The notes under the pieces were generated by a model. That model had not been told where the DNA came from. It ran no database searches and saw nothing but the letters and a program-made list of their open reading frames with translations. DNA of 64,000 nt from Octopus vulgaris (taxonomy: Eukaryota): NCBI GenBank assembly GCA_951406725.2, contig OX597815.1, forward strand, positions 155,310,001-155,374,000, in the 5' to 3' direction. Within the stretch, counting starts at the first letter, position 1. Every line of letters begins with the position of its first letter. This document shows, one piece after another, positions 14,190 through 28,020 of this stretch. A program made the position numbers and the translations under genes.

Positions 14190-14247
<58 letters not shown>

Positions 14248-14445
14248 AGGCGGCGAACTGGCAGAATCGTTAGCACACCGGGCGAAATGCTTAAACGAGG
14301 TTCTGTCTTCAAATTCCACCGAGGTGGATTTTTGCCTTTCATCCTTTCGGGGTCGATAAATACCAGTTACGCACTGAGATCAATGTAATCGACTTAATCC
14401 CGTTCCCACAAATTTGACGCCCTGTACTTCCAGTAGAAAGGATTG
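14248..14445 (+). mobile_element. SINE family A
   Basis: aggcggcgaactggcagaatcgttagcac head, central gcctttcatcctttcggggtcgataaa domain. Confidence 0.85.
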
Positions 14446-14531
14446 TTAATTATTATTACTATCATTACTATTATTATTATTATTATTATCATTATTATTA
14501 TTATTATTACTATTATTATTATTATTATTAC

Positions 14532-14573
<42 letters not shown>

Positions 14574-15086
14574 CATCATTATTATTATTTTTTTATTTTT
14601 TTTATTTTTTTTTTATCATAAATGCAAGATATAAGCACCTGACCATTTAAGTTCACAAGTAAGTTTGATTCATATCTGAGGCAATTTCCTTTATCACGTC
14701 ACTTTTATCGGGGAATATTGTTGAGAAAAACAAAACACAGAGTACAACCAAATTTCCTTCCACGCCTATAATTTTGAAGCTCATTTTACAACTAAAATAT
14801 TAAAAATAATGCATTAGATTGTTCTATGATAGAATGATACTTGTTTTTCTCCCTAAAGACATTGGCTTGTGTGTGCGTGTGTGTGTATACATGCATACTT
14901 ACATACATACATGCATACATAAATATATACATATGTATGTATGCTTGTATTGATATATTATCAAATTAGAGATGTTGCTGAAAGAATCAATGCAATTAGT
15001 GTATGTGAGAGAAAAAGAGAGAGCATACGTGTGTGTGTGTGTGTGTATGTGTGTGCGTGTGTGTGTGTTCATGTATGAGTATAGAC

Positions 15087-15146
<60 letters not shown>

Positions 15147-15185
15147 TCTTACACACATACATACATACATACATACATACATACA

Positions 15186-15219
<34 letters not shown>

Positions 15220-15402
15220 CATACATACATGCATACATAATATACAGCTAATGAATACAGAATTGCTAATTTGGCCAATAACACCCACTTAATTGGCTGA
15301 AATAGCAGAGACCTAATATAAGCTATCAAAACGAAAAATATAATTTATTGGAAACAGTATGTATGAATGTGTATGTGTGCGTGTATGTATATGTGTGTGC
15401 GT

Positions 15403-15437
<35 letters not shown>

Positions 15438-15908
15438 ATATATATGTATACACATGTGTGTGTGCGTATGTATACAAAAATACATATGTATGTGTAAGTA
15501 TACAAAAAACAAACAGTTCTTTCATCAACCAATTACTATTACAGTATGACACTCTAAAGGCGAATTATCAAAAATTTACAATTCTAAAGTGATAAGTGTC
15601 CTTACAAGTAAGCATATATCAGCATTTGTTTGAACTGTTTAATACTTTAGTCAAAATAGCTGAATCTCTCCACTTCAAAAATGCTTTATCAGCAGTCAAT
15701 AGGATGTAATGATTTCTGATACAGATACGATGCGTGAAATGTTGATAGGAGAATAAATGAGGAACTGGGATGCTCTTAACCTTTTTAACGTTAAGTGGCA
15801 CTATGCGCATTTATTTTTCCAGTTTGGAATCTAAAACCACGATGTAGAGTCGATTTGCTGAAAGATTACTGTCTAACTTAAGCCTTCTCAATATTATTAA
15901 CTGTGTTA

Positions 15909-16530
15909 AGGCGACGAGTTGGCAGAAACGTTAGCACGCAGGGCGAAATTTTTAGCAGCATTCTGTCTACCGTTACGTTCTGAGTTCAAATTCCGCCGAG
16001 GTCGACTTTACCTTTCATCCTTTCAGGGTCGATAAATTAACTACCAGTTACGCACTGGGGTCGATGTAATCGACTTAATCCTTTGTCTGTCCTTGTTTGT
16101 CCACTCTATGTTTAGCCCCTTATGGGTAGTAAAGAAATAGGTATTTCGTCTGCCATTACATTCTGAGTTCAAATTCCTCCGAGTTCGACTTTGCCTTTCA
16201 TCCTTCCGGGGTCGATAAATTAAGTCCTAATTACGCACTGGGGTCGATGTAATCGACTTAATCCCTTTGTCTGTCCTTGTTTGTCCCCTCTATGTTTAGC
16301 CCCTTGTGGGTGGTAAAGAAATAAGAAACGTTAGCACGCGAGGCGAAATGCTTAGCGGTTTTTCGTCTACTTTTACGTTCTGAGTTCAAATTCCGACGAG
16401 GTCGACTTTGTCTTTCATCCTTTCCGGGGTCGATAAATTAAGTACCAGTTGAGTACTAGAGGTCGATCTAATCGACTGGCCCCCTCCCCTTAAATTTTAG
16501 GCCTTGTGCCTAGAGTTGAAGAGAGTATTA
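15909..16530 (+). mobile_element. SINE family A, tandem trimer
   Basis: Three successive ttctgagttcaaattcc...ggggtcgat units joined at aaagaaata(g/a)g. The last unit has the alternative tail gccttgtgcctagagt. Confidence 0.9.
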
Positions 16531-17050
16531 TTTACTGTGTAAGACACGGAGCTACCAGAATCGTTAGCACGTTCTGGGTTCGAATTCCGCTGAGCTTTAC
16601 TTTGCCTTTCATTGTTTCGGGGCCGATTAATTTAAGTACTATTTGAGCACTAGAATCGAGCTAATCGATATAGCTCCTCTCTCGAAATTGCGGGCTTGGT
16701 GCCAGAATTTGAAACCAATATTCTTAACGGCGTAAAAGCAATGGACTACAGGGATGGGTGGAGCAATATAAAGAATTATAGAATCAAGGAATGATTGAGA
16801 TGTCTTTAAATCAGTTGTCAATCGAGTTTTGGATTTTGATTGTCGTTAATAATATTGGTTTTAAATTTTGGCACAAGTCTTGCAATTTCAAGGGAAGGGC
16901 TAAGACGTTTAGATCGACTCTAGTGTTCAAATAATACGTATTTGTCAGCCTCGAATGGATAAAAGGCAATGTTGACTTTCATGAAACTTCAACTCAGCAA
17001 GTGAAAACAGGCGAAATGCCGCCAAGCATTTCACCCAGCGTGCTAACGTT

Positions 17051-17286
17051 TCTTATTTCTCTATTACCCACAAGGGGCTAGACATAGAGAGGACAAACAA
17101 GGACAGACAAAGGGATTAAGTCGATTACATCGACCCCAGTACGTAACTGGTAGTTAATTTATCGACTCCGAAAGGATGAAAGGCAAAGTCGACCTCGGCA
17201 GAATTTGAACTCAGAACGTAACGGCAGGCGAAATACGGCTACGCATTTCGCTCAGCGTGCTAACATTTCTGCCAGCTCGCCGCCTT
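17051..17286 (-). mobile_element. SINE family A, full length
   Basis: Near-identical to 3502-3733. An older copy precedes it at ~16860-17050. Confidence 0.9.
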
Positions 17287-17457
17287 AATAAAGACTTTTA
17301 TATTGACGAAATATGTTTGCTGTTGATTATAGTAAGATAAAATCTTGACAATAACAATACATCTCATAGTTGTAAAATAAGGCATTTTGAAACTACATAT
17401 ACGTCAACAACAAAAAAGCGAGCTGCAAAATCGTTGCTCTATGGTGTTGATTCTTCG

Positions 17458-17600
17458 AACAGAGTGATGTCATTTAGTAGAGATGACCCGGAAGTAGCTT
17501 TCTTCAACCGAGTATACGCCGTTGATTGGTTGAAATTACCTAAATACAATTTCAACACGAAATAACTTCTAAAATAGGAAATTTTGCCAAAAATGTTCAG
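17458..17600 (+). repeat. Dispersed repeat with a second copy at ~20436-20600
   Basis: Shared catttagtagagat..ccggaagt and cgttgattggttgaaattacc..aacacgaaataacttctaaaatagga. Confidence 0.75.
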
Positions 17601-18468
17601 AATAAACCGTGTTCTACGTGAGAAATTCTACCCGTATTCAAACTGTTAAGTTAAAAAAGATTAATTTAAAAAATCTGTGATTGAGATGGAATAGATCCAT
17701 CATTTTACCTAGAGTACTAACGATTCTGCTAGCTCGCCGCCTTAAAGGTTAAATCTACATATCAAGAGCTATTTTTCTATAGATATCTACTAAACATCTT
17801 ATGCTTATACATAGCGAACGCGGTTTGCATTAATTCAAATCTAACTTCCAAGAATAGACAGAAAATATAAAGGTGTAAAATAGTGGAGTGATAAAGTTAC
17901 ACTTTTAAAAAATGTAAACAGACAATAGAATCAATCCTCAAAAGTTATTATCGATGTGAAATGTCAATGGGACAAAGCCAATCAGTTGTAACCCCGAGGC
18001 CTATAAGAACTGGCGATTACGGAAATCTTTGTCAGTGAACAAATCGCAATTGTGCGATGAAAATTTCAACACCTCAAGGAATAAATGAAAAGTGAATTTC
18101 GCATTAAAGAAAAAAAAAGCTAAGAATAGCCTTTTTACAATGTAATTTCTTCAGTTTTAATGCACGGTTTTGGGGTCAAGTCACATGTTGGACAAGCAAA
18201 AATCTGAAATTTTACATAATTCTAGATTTACAAAAATGGCTATTGATCGATGTGATGGGTCAACGTTGGCCTGTGTCGCAGAGCCGCATACATAATTCAT
18301 GGAATTGCGTTATAGCAATGCATCTAACTGTTACAGAGGAAGAGAAAGCGAGGGGAGAGAGGGGGAGATAATATATTCGTGTGTGAATGAAGGATTACTA
18401 GTTTGTTTATGTGTATGCGATAAAACAGAGAAAGGAGAGAAGGGGAAAATGTGTGTGTGTGTGTGAGA

Positions 18469-18513
<45 letters not shown>

Positions 18514-18957
18514 GCAGGCAGCAGTAACAGATATTGGAAGTAAATAATATTCTTTCTAATTTTGGTACAAGGTCAGCAATTTTGAGGAGGTGCCTTTGAA
18601 GTAGGCATGAATGGCAAATAATCCAATTCCACTTCCTTTTAAATGTGTTTCGTTGAGCCTAATTAAGAAATAATAATTATCTTCTGCTGATGAGGAGGAG
18701 TAGATTAAACTGTAGTGCTAAAAGGAAATATTTTAAGTACAACATGCAGCACTCTATGTTTCACTTTTCTGAATAAGTAGAATAGCTTTCTATTTGTGTT
18801 CACCAAAAGTAGAGAGGGTGAAATAAAATGATCGTTTCTTTGATATAAACAATGATCATGTTTTCGTATTAGTGGAAGGAGACACGACTCTCGCGTCGAA
18901 GTCATTAGACAATATTTTCCCGGTCCCTATTCACTTTGTGGATAACTGACGTTAGTT

Positions 18958-19379
18958 GGATCTTTTCGGTTTGAACGGCAGTTTTTAACATAATTTCTAG
19001 GTAACTAAAAAAGTTAAAACTTCGTATACTGGTAGAATGTGTTTATAAAACATCATTTTCTCTTGGCTTTATTGAGAAAATTCTATAGTTTGTAAGATAT
19101 TTGTTGTTTTTTTTCTTCAATTTCTACAATTTCAACCAATCAGTGACATCTATTGAGGTAAAAAACATTCTGTGCCGTATGAATATGACCCTCGTTTAAG
19201 AAACAGATTGGGTTTATTTACATTTGTGAAGAAAAAATATACCCTTCCCCCACCTCTAACCCTAACCCTAACCCTAAAACAGATTGAAATGCAATAGATC
19301 GATACTAGGGTCATACTTATGGGTGACAATTTCATATGACACCGCAAGAAAAAAACTGCCGTTCAAACCGAAAAGATCC
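18958..19379. mobile_element. MITE with 29-bp perfect TIRs, 8-bp (or 9-bp) TSD and internal telomeric hexamers
   Basis: GGATCTTTTCGGTTTGAACGGCAGTTTTT ... AAAAACTGCCGTTCAAACCGAAAAGATCC. CGTTAGTT is duplicated at 18950-18957 and 19380-19387. (CTAACC)3 at ~19256-19277. Confidence 0.92.
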
Positions 19380-19659
19380 CGTTAGTTGATTAAGCTACAT
19401 GTTGAAGTTGAAGTGAAGTGAAGTGAGGCATCATGCACATAGGATTGAGCACTGTCAAAGATGATACAAGAAATAACGATACGGCGTATGAAAAGAGATT
19501 GGGCGTCGTACAGAGCCTCGGATAACAAAGTAGTTGATGAAATGTGGGCTAGGGCAGTGCCGACTTAAGGCCCGGGAACCTTATAGATCTGGGGCTCAAT
19601 TCTTATCTATGTATGCTGTGACTTACTGTCAATGAATATATATTGATTTCTATTATTTT

Positions 19660-19855
19660 TGCAAAAGGGCAGCTATTTCGGGGGGCGGGGTTAAGTCGAT
19701 TACATCCATTCCAGTGTTCAACCGATACTTATTTTATCGACCCTGAGGAGATGAAAGGCAAAATTGACCTCGGAGGAATTAGAACTTAGAACGTAAAGAC
19801 GGACGAAATTGTGTTAAGCATTTTTCCCAGCATGCTAACGATTCTACCAGTTCGC
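19660..19855 (-). mobile_element. SINE family A (diverged)
   Basis: gatgaaaggcaaaattgacctcgg...gctaacgattctaccagttcgc. Confidence 0.8.
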
Positions 19856-21434
19856 TGTTTTATCAATGAATATATGTTAATGGGCCCAACGCATTGATTT
19901 ACTCGGGGAAAACCTATAATGCTACTAACACGGCCGTAGTTCAGAGTGAATACAGTATCACATGCTATGATGGTGCGATAGTAGAAAGCGTTGGCCCCAA
20001 AATCGTAAGTCGGATGCTTTGCTTGTGTTAATTGCAGCGAGATAAAGTTTTGTAGAATTTCTGACCCTACGAAATCCGTTTTTGTAATGGATGTGGATGG
20101 AGAGATATTGAAATGTTGAAAGTGATATTGCGATATTACGATAACTTTCAAGCCTTCTCAATATTGATTTCAAATTTTAGTACAAGCACATTATCGAAAC
20201 TTGAAGGTAAAACAAAACAAATAGCGGTTTATACACCGGAAAATACGGTAATTGTAGTGACAGTGACAAGTCCGCTTGCTGGTTGCTAGTTGATAGTGTA
20301 TAAGGGTAAAGAATGCACGGTGTTGACTAGAAAGGATGGAAGGATAAAGGTAACGAATAGAGGGAGGGAAAGAGTTAGGAATGCACGGTGCTGACAAGAA
20401 AGGAAGGAAGGATAAAGGTGGCGAATAGAACAAAATGGTGACATTTAGTAGAGATAACCTGGAAGTTGCTCCTCTTCGATTACCACTGCGAACAGCAGTA
20501 GCTTTCTTCAACCGAACACACGTCGTTGATTGGTTGAAATTACCCAAATACGATAACTTTAACACGAAATAACTTCTAAAATAGGATACTTTTTAAAAAA
20601 TGTACCCTGGATGTAGGGTACGTCACTTTAAGATTACTAGTTCAAATCCTATCAAAGATTTCACTTTCATTCTCCTAGGATCAGTATAATCGAGCAAACA
20701 TTTTACTCCAGTTTACGACTTCAAACATTTGTTAGACGATTATAGCAAGAGCGGTGGTTGCGTGAAATGGAAGCCTGGCGATAAATTGTCTTGCTGTATA
20801 AGATTATGTTCCTTTAAATTCTTAAGTTTAAATCTCCAAAGTGTGGAGCCTCGGGATTATGTTGAAGGCAGAATCGGTAGAGCAACAAACAGTATGCGAT
20901 TACCTACGTTTAACTTGTGAGTTCAAATCAGGCTTAGGTCAACTGTGCTCTTTAACACATCTCTACCAATAAAGTTCACTCCTCCTACAAAAAAAAAATC
21001 AAAATACGAACCAAAGACGGATGCCTCTACGTTGTCGCTCGATCTGCTGTATATCACAGCCAAATCTCCTTCAAATGGTACCCATCCGGTTATAAACGAG
21101 AAAGAAATATTGGATAACGAAGTCTTAAACTCAGTAGCGGAAATTCATTTGAGAATCTATCTTCTCAAGGAAGGTTGAATGGGACTAAATAACAAAGCAA
21201 CTACAATTAAAGTAACCATGACTATCACATTATATTGTTTCTTTGCAAAATGACAAAATGTCGGATGAAATATCTCACAACACTTTATTTTGTTTCTCTG
21301 CTTTCTGAGTTCAAATTTTGCGAAGTCATTTTTGCTTTTTGTACTTTCAGTGTCGCTTATTAAGGTACTAATCCAGTTCTGGGACCGATTCTTCTCTTTT
21401 TCTGTCCTTGCTTTTATCGTTGTATTATTTCTAG

Positions 21435-21735
21435 TGGTTAGGGTATTGGGTTCACGGTCATAAGGTCGTGAGTTCGATTCTCGGCCGCGCGTTGTGTCCT
21501 TGGGCTAGATACTTTATTTCACGTTGCTCCAGTCCCTTTAGCTGGCAAAAAATGAGCTGTACCTGTAATTCAAAAACACTAGACCTGTCACATTCTGTGG
21601 CACGCTGAATCTTCTTAAGAACTACATTAAGGGTACCTGTGTCTGTGGAGTGCTCAGCCACTTGCACGTTAATTTCACAATCAGGCTGTTCCGTTGATCG
21701 GATCAACTGGAACCCTCGTATTCGAAACCGACGAG
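21435..21735 (+). mobile_element. tRNA-derived SINE related to family B
   Basis: agtggttaggg...gagttcgattc (A/B boxes). The 3' part matches 60165-60335. Confidence 0.8.
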
Positions 21736-22502
21736 GTGATGGGTGCCTCTTAGCACTATCAAATATTGCTAACAGCTTTCATTTAGTTGAACCAGCCAGC
21801 CGGGTAAAATAGTTTTTGGACATGTTTCAAATGATATATTAAGCTATCTGTATAAAAGTGTTTTAATCTCCATTTGTCTGATCTTCAATTTAAATGGTCA
21901 TTCATTATCTTCAGTTTCATAAATCGTTTCTTAGACAGCATCATTTGTTCCTCTTTCATCTCTTTCCAATTACCATTATTTAATTAACTTTAATAATGTG
22001 CGAGAATACGGACACTGGTTTTCAATCTTCGCAAGATTAAAACGTTGAAATGAAACATAAAATTCTGAAAAGCTAATATGTCCGTTCTCTTGTTCTGATA
22101 TAAATATCAATTTTGATCTACTAAGACTCACACGATGACATGAAAGAGTCTGATATTGAAGGTACTGGTAGATGGGTTTCGAACATTCTTTCTATCGTTG
22201 CAGTGTCTTAATTAAGAATGTTGAAACTGTGTTTATTGTGGATACGCTTTGGAGCAGAAACTTTGTGTAAAGAAACAGCAGTCATGTGTACTCTCCATTC
22301 GCTTTTTACTGAGAAATATTGCTGCTATGTCTTAGCCATCGGTTAGTCCTAACTGAGCAGACCAAAGATAAAATGCATTTCAACACTTCCGTATATATAT
22401 TACCGATATATTTCATGAATTTCAGTAACCAATGTATTTTCCTCTTTTTTTACAATAAGGTGTGATTTGAGGGACATTTTTCTGCTTGGTTGTATATACG
22501 AC

Positions 22503-22571
22503 GAGTTGTGTATCCACCCAGAGTTGTGTATCTACCCAGAGTTGTGTATAGCCGACTTGTGTATCCACCCA
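22503..22571 (+). repeat. 18-bp minisatellite (gagttgtgtatccaccca), about 3.5 copies
   Basis: Direct reading. Confidence 0.85.
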
Positions 22572-24108
22572 GGAGAGCCTATAGTTTTCGATGTTGTAAC
22601 CATTTCTTGGGAGAGCCAAACATCTTAATTTTGATTGACGCCAGTTAACTGGCAGAGTTGTTAGAGTTGCGTACACTGCGTATGCAACTCTATTTTCATC
22701 CTTTCGATATCGATAAATATAATACTAGTATGCACGCTGGTCGGCTCTTCTCTCCCTCACCCTCTCTCTTTCTTTCTCTCTCTCTCTTTCTCTCTTTCTC
22801 TTTATCTATCTATCTTTATCTCCCTCTGCTTCTCCTTCTCGAAGTTGGCTGCAGCCAGTTTTCCAGAAACGAAAAAGGGCCCAGTGAAGGTATAAGCACA
22901 TATTTTCATTAAAAAAACTCATATGTTACTGAATCTAAGAACGCTTCAATGTTTAAGAGATCGTTTCAGTTCTTGGGTGGTAGACTGAATCCAACTGGTG
23001 CTTGGCTACCCTTACGACACTCAAGCGAAATCTATTCCGTTAAAGTCATTCGAAACAATTCATCAGTTTGAAAATAACATTCTCCGTTCCTCCCACAAGT
23101 TTCAGAGATTTCGAAAATAGCTATGAGCACTATCTTACCCTCCCCTAAGTCATTATCAAAATAATTCACGAAAAATCGCATAGGATTCATGAAAAATCGT
23201 TCATAGGATTGGTTGTTCATTGTGATTGCTATTTCTGAAATGATGGAAAGGAGAAAAACAAATCTTCTCTCTCCCACCTTCCCGATCATTCTTAAAATTC
23301 TAGTAGAGCTTCTGGCACTGGTTTCAAGCAGCTAGATGAATTGAATGGAACTTGAAACAAGTGCTGTTAATAGTATTATTGTCACGCTGGCAATGTTTTA
23401 GGGTTCTCCTTTCGAGAGGTTTCTTAACATTATCTAGACGCCGTAGAATAAATTTTAAAAAACATTCATTTTTTTTAAACGTCATAATAGAATATCAAGA
23501 ACAGTCTAGGCTCAGACAATGCATAAAAAGTAATTCTAAATAACAAAAGAATAACTCTCATAAATATTTTAATGGAGTTATATTCAGTCGTGATGGTTGA
23601 CATTTTACCAGCAATATTTTTTCCTCTTGTAGTACTTTGTTCGGCAATTAGGTACATTCATAACCATCTGCTTAATACTTTATCCATCATTACTTTGGCA
23701 AGTATAGTGCAATCTATGCATTGCTGATGAGGTCCTCATATGATTGAAACACATTCACATTTGCCTCCCGTGCGCACCAAACTAATCAAAATATAGTCAT
23801 TGAGTAATCATATTTTGTCGGGGTATCTTTGCACTGCACAATTATTTCTATTGGATAATTATTTTCTCTCCATAATAATTACTTGAGAATGTTCCCCGCA
23901 TTAAATATTAAAACAAACTTAACTATTGATAAATTTTCTTAATTTAAAAAGATGACACCATATATTGATAAAAAAATATTCGGACGAATCTAAAGATTGC
24001 CTTCGGAATAACAACAGTGACTACGTCAAATTTTGGCACAAGGCCAAAAATTTTCATAGAGAAGAATTTTTTCGATCTCATATACTTCAGTATTTCATTG
24101 GTACTTTA

Positions 24109-24223
<115 letters not shown>

Positions 24224-24739
24224 ATTATTATTGAGTGAGAGAGCAGTGCATGCCATCAAAGTGACACTGGTGTAAAATATACAAAGCCCAGTATACCTAT
24301 CGTGACTACCTGTCTGATAAGGGCACACAAGGCTCATACATCACAGCCATATGTGCGTGACATAGTGATCGCATATCAAGATTAACAGCGCATGACCTTG
24401 CAGGTGGGAACCAATTAGAATTTTCTTCTGGTCGAGCAGACCATCCCACTCAAAAGGTCCCTGAATAAGGATTGTTTAAGAATATTTAACGAAACGCCTA
24501 TGTTTCCGAAGGTGAATTATCCAAACCCCAAAGAATTCCTCCCAACACATGGCCATGATGCTCCCTCACTACTTCTGCTCGTAATCAGAGATGCACGTAT
24601 CGTCCGCCATTAAGGGACATGGTCAACTGGTTAAGGTCAAACAACTGACAAGCAAATCTGTGGTATTGAGCAGAAGATGTGCTGTAGCCCATCTTTTATA
24701 CCAAGACAAAACAAGGTACATGATAACACTTCCAATCAA

Positions 24740-24855
24740 AGATGGTCTTGCCATATAGTTCGAATGGCGGATGAACACACACTCAAACCGCTGTTTTATG
24801 GTAAGCTTACAGAGGGGAAACGCTATCGGTGTAAACCTAAAAAGAGGCATAAGTA
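24740..24855 (+). pseudogene. RTE-clade LINE ORF C-terminal fragment
   Basis: RWSCHIVRMADEHTLKPLFYGKLTEGKRYRCKPKKRHK resembles the RTE motif RW.GH..RM....PK.LFYGEL..GKR..G.P.KR. Confidence 0.75.
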
Positions 24856-25049
24856 CTACCATGAAGTCACATACACACACATGCACACACATACATACAT
24901 ACATACATACATACATACATACATACATACATACATACATACGTACGTACGTACGTACATACATACATACATACATACATACATACATACATACATACAT
25001 ACATACATACATACATACATACATACATACGTACATAATACATACACAC

Positions 25050-25550
25050 ATCAGATGAAAAGATGAGCCTATATGAGCAGAAGATTATGCATGGATATGT
25101 TAGAAGAAAGTTCCGTGATGAGAATAACATCGCTCATCAAAGCAGTTTATCACGGACCAAAAACCGGATTACTACCTCCCACTTTGAAGGGTATGCGTTT
25201 GCAATCCAGGAACAGGAAATATCAACCAAGTACCTGATGCACAAAAGGAATAGAGATGCAGGAAAATGTGACAACCGATGCAGACTTTGTAGAGGTCACG
25301 CTGAAGATACCACTCACATCATAAGCAGTTGTCAGAAAATGTCATCACGGTATTATCTACCGATGAGACATGACTTTGTGGCTAGGACATACTATAAGGA
25401 TAATCCCGAGGACAAAGAATAATATGGTAGAAGCCATAGCCACTCATAATAAAAAGGAATACTGGTGTAATGCATCAGTGAAGACCTCAATAAACTACAA
25501 GCACAACAAACCTGATATAATCATTTGGAATAGAGAAGAGAAACTGTAAA
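25050..25550 (+). pseudogene. R4/Dong-clade LINE fragment (second family)
   Basis: MHGY..., FEGYAFAIQEQEI, CRLC-x8-H-x4-C, RHD, then after a frameshift KHNKPDIIIWN. Flanked by (TACA)n. Confidence 0.85.
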
Positions 25551-25654
25551 ATGTGTAAAACTTTCCAAAAGTTTATCATTCAAATATATATGAGCATGTC
25601 TAGATATGCAACTATATGCATGAAAATACATACAGAAAACATACAAATCTGCAC

Positions 25655-25846
25655 ATACATACATACATACATACATACATACATACATACATACATACAT
25701 ACATACATACATGCATACATACATACATACATACATACATACATACATACATACATACATACACACATACATACATACATACATACATACATACATACAT
25801 ACATACATACATACATACATACATACATACATACATACATACATAC
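25655..25846. repeat. (TACA)n microsatellite
   Basis: Direct reading. Confidence 0.95.
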
Positions 25847-25961
25847 AAAAATACCCTGTTGTTCATGTCGAAATTCCAATGAAGGAGACTTGGATCTAGG
25901 TTCTTTCTCTATTGGCAAGAAATCTTGAAAAAAATTGAATAATGACATACATACACACACT

Positions 25962-26250
25962 TCTTAATCCTTTTTGCTCCTTGTGGAGCATAGGTGCCTC
26001 AGCAGTTGTTTTCCACTGTTTGCGGTCATTGGCGTGTTTCTTGGCTGCTTCCCATGTCAGGCCGGTGGTTCTGAGTGCGTCCAAAATGCTCTGCTTCCAT
26101 GTCTGCCTTGGGCGTCTTCGCTTCCTTTTCCCCTGCGGGTTCCTGTCAGGTACTTATCGTGTCGCATTTAAGGGTTCTTTCCGCAGTGCGTCCGATCCAT
26201 CTCCATTTCCTTCGTCTGATCTGAACATGTATGGGCTCCTGGTTGGCCCT
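25962..26250 (-). pseudogene. RTE-clade LINE 3' fragment
   Basis: Minus strand QIRRRKWRWIG..LRKEP...NPQGKRKRRRPRQTW...TWEAAKKHANDRKQWK. Confidence 0.85.
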
Positions 26251-26314
26251 TACAGATTAGACATACAAACACGAAGTCATATATTTGAGGAGTTGATTAT
26301 ATCACTCTCTCTCA

Positions 26315-26388
<74 letters not shown>

Positions 26389-26639
26389 ATCAAAATTTCA
26401 CTTGTGTCTATTTTATCAAGACTAAAACAAGAAAAAGTTAGGTCGACCTCCGCAAATTATGAACTCAGAATGTGAAGTGCATAGCTAAAATTCCGTCAGT
26501 CATGTTCTTCTATGTTCAAACGACGTATATGTCAATAATATAAGACCCGGACACACGTTTAACATGAATGTGTCTAGTGCGTATTGACATAAATGATCTG
26601 ATAGATTTCTTTTTCAGTATATGTGTGTACGTGTGTTGG

Positions 26640-26677
<38 letters not shown>

Positions 26678-26679
26678 CG

Positions 26680-26775
<96 letters not shown>

Positions 26776-27197
26776 AGTGCGTGCGTGCGTGCGTGTGTGG
26801 TTGTAATTTTAGTTCGTTATATTCCTGTGCTGGGGTTATTCGGATGAAATCTGTCAAACACTTTCCAACTCAAGCACTTAAGCTTGTCAGCAGAATCCTT
26901 TCTTTCCTTCTTCTTCTTCTTCTTCTTCTTCTTCTTCTTCTTCTTCTTCTTCTTCTTCTTCTTCTTCTTCTTCATCATCATCTTCATCATCATCATCATC
27001 ACCATCATCACCATCATTATCTCCATTGTAATCTTATGACCGAGACCGAAACCCCTACCGCCATTGCCATCTTCCTCAAGATCGTAAATATCCATCGTCA
27101 CTAAAACACCAACACCACCACCACCACAACCGTCACCACCATTATTCTCATCAACATCATCATTCTCAACCTCATTACTATCAACATCTTCATCATC

Positions 27198-27264
<67 letters not shown>

Positions 27265-27894
27265 CTATCCTCGTCATCATCTTCACCATCATCATCATTA
27301 TCATCAATCACTACCATCATATTAATCATCATCACCATCATCATCATCATCAATATTAGCAGCAGCATCACGGTCGCCTCTCGCATCAGCACTATCGCCA
27401 CCGCTACCACCATCATTGTTCTCACGAAAATCATCATCTTCGTCAACAACCAAACAACAACACACAAACAACAGAAACCTGTAAGAGCCGATAGCAATAG
27501 ATTACAGATTCCAACCCTTTCATTCCCCACTACCAGCTGCCCCTTATCCTCCTCCTCCACCTCCTCCACTTCCCCCTCCTCTTTCCTTGCAGTATTAATG
27601 CTATAGTCGATATCCGAGTATCCAACTGGGACTCTGCTTCAAACGAAATAACTCCCTGAGTACACATTACCCTCATAACTCCCGTGCCATTTTGACAACT
27701 TCATCTTCACATGATTTGTTTCTTCGTTTACTTCTTTTAGTGCCATTTCCTTACTCTATTTTTCCTGCTCACTAGGATAAACATGATGGTGGAGAAAAGA
27801 GAATGAACATGGTGGTGGTGGTGGTATGTATGCCGCTTTGTGTGTGTGTGTGTGTGTGTGATAAACGTTCTAATTATGCATGTGTCATTTCCCT

Positions 27895-28020
27895 AGCTTA
27901 TACCACCACATCTGGTTCCAGATTCATTCCCACTGCGTGGCACCTTTGGCAAGTGTCTTCTACTATAGCCTCGGGCCGACCAAAGCCTTTTGAGTGGATT
28001 TGGTAGACTGAAAGAAGCCC
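27895..28020 (+). mobile_element. SINE family C, 5' part
   Basis: ccactgcgtggcacctttggcaagtgtcttctactatagcctcgggccgaccaaagcc, as in 52390-52460 (minus). Confidence 0.85.

Noticed and set aside
22503-22571. Short regularly spaced repeats as a possible CRISPR array
   Set aside because: Contiguous tandem 18-mers with no spacers, in a eukaryotic context.
23724-23756. CTGATGA...GAAAC hammerhead-like spacing
   Set aside because: Weak helix II, no palindromic helix III and no convincing helix I.
22860-23800. Complex sequence with an 85-aa ORF, possibly a decayed transposase or helicase
   Set aside because: No diagnostic motif could be identified by eye.
26817-27569. 250-aa acidic/poly-K ORF
   Set aside because: Built from (CTT)n and (CAT)n triplet repeats.
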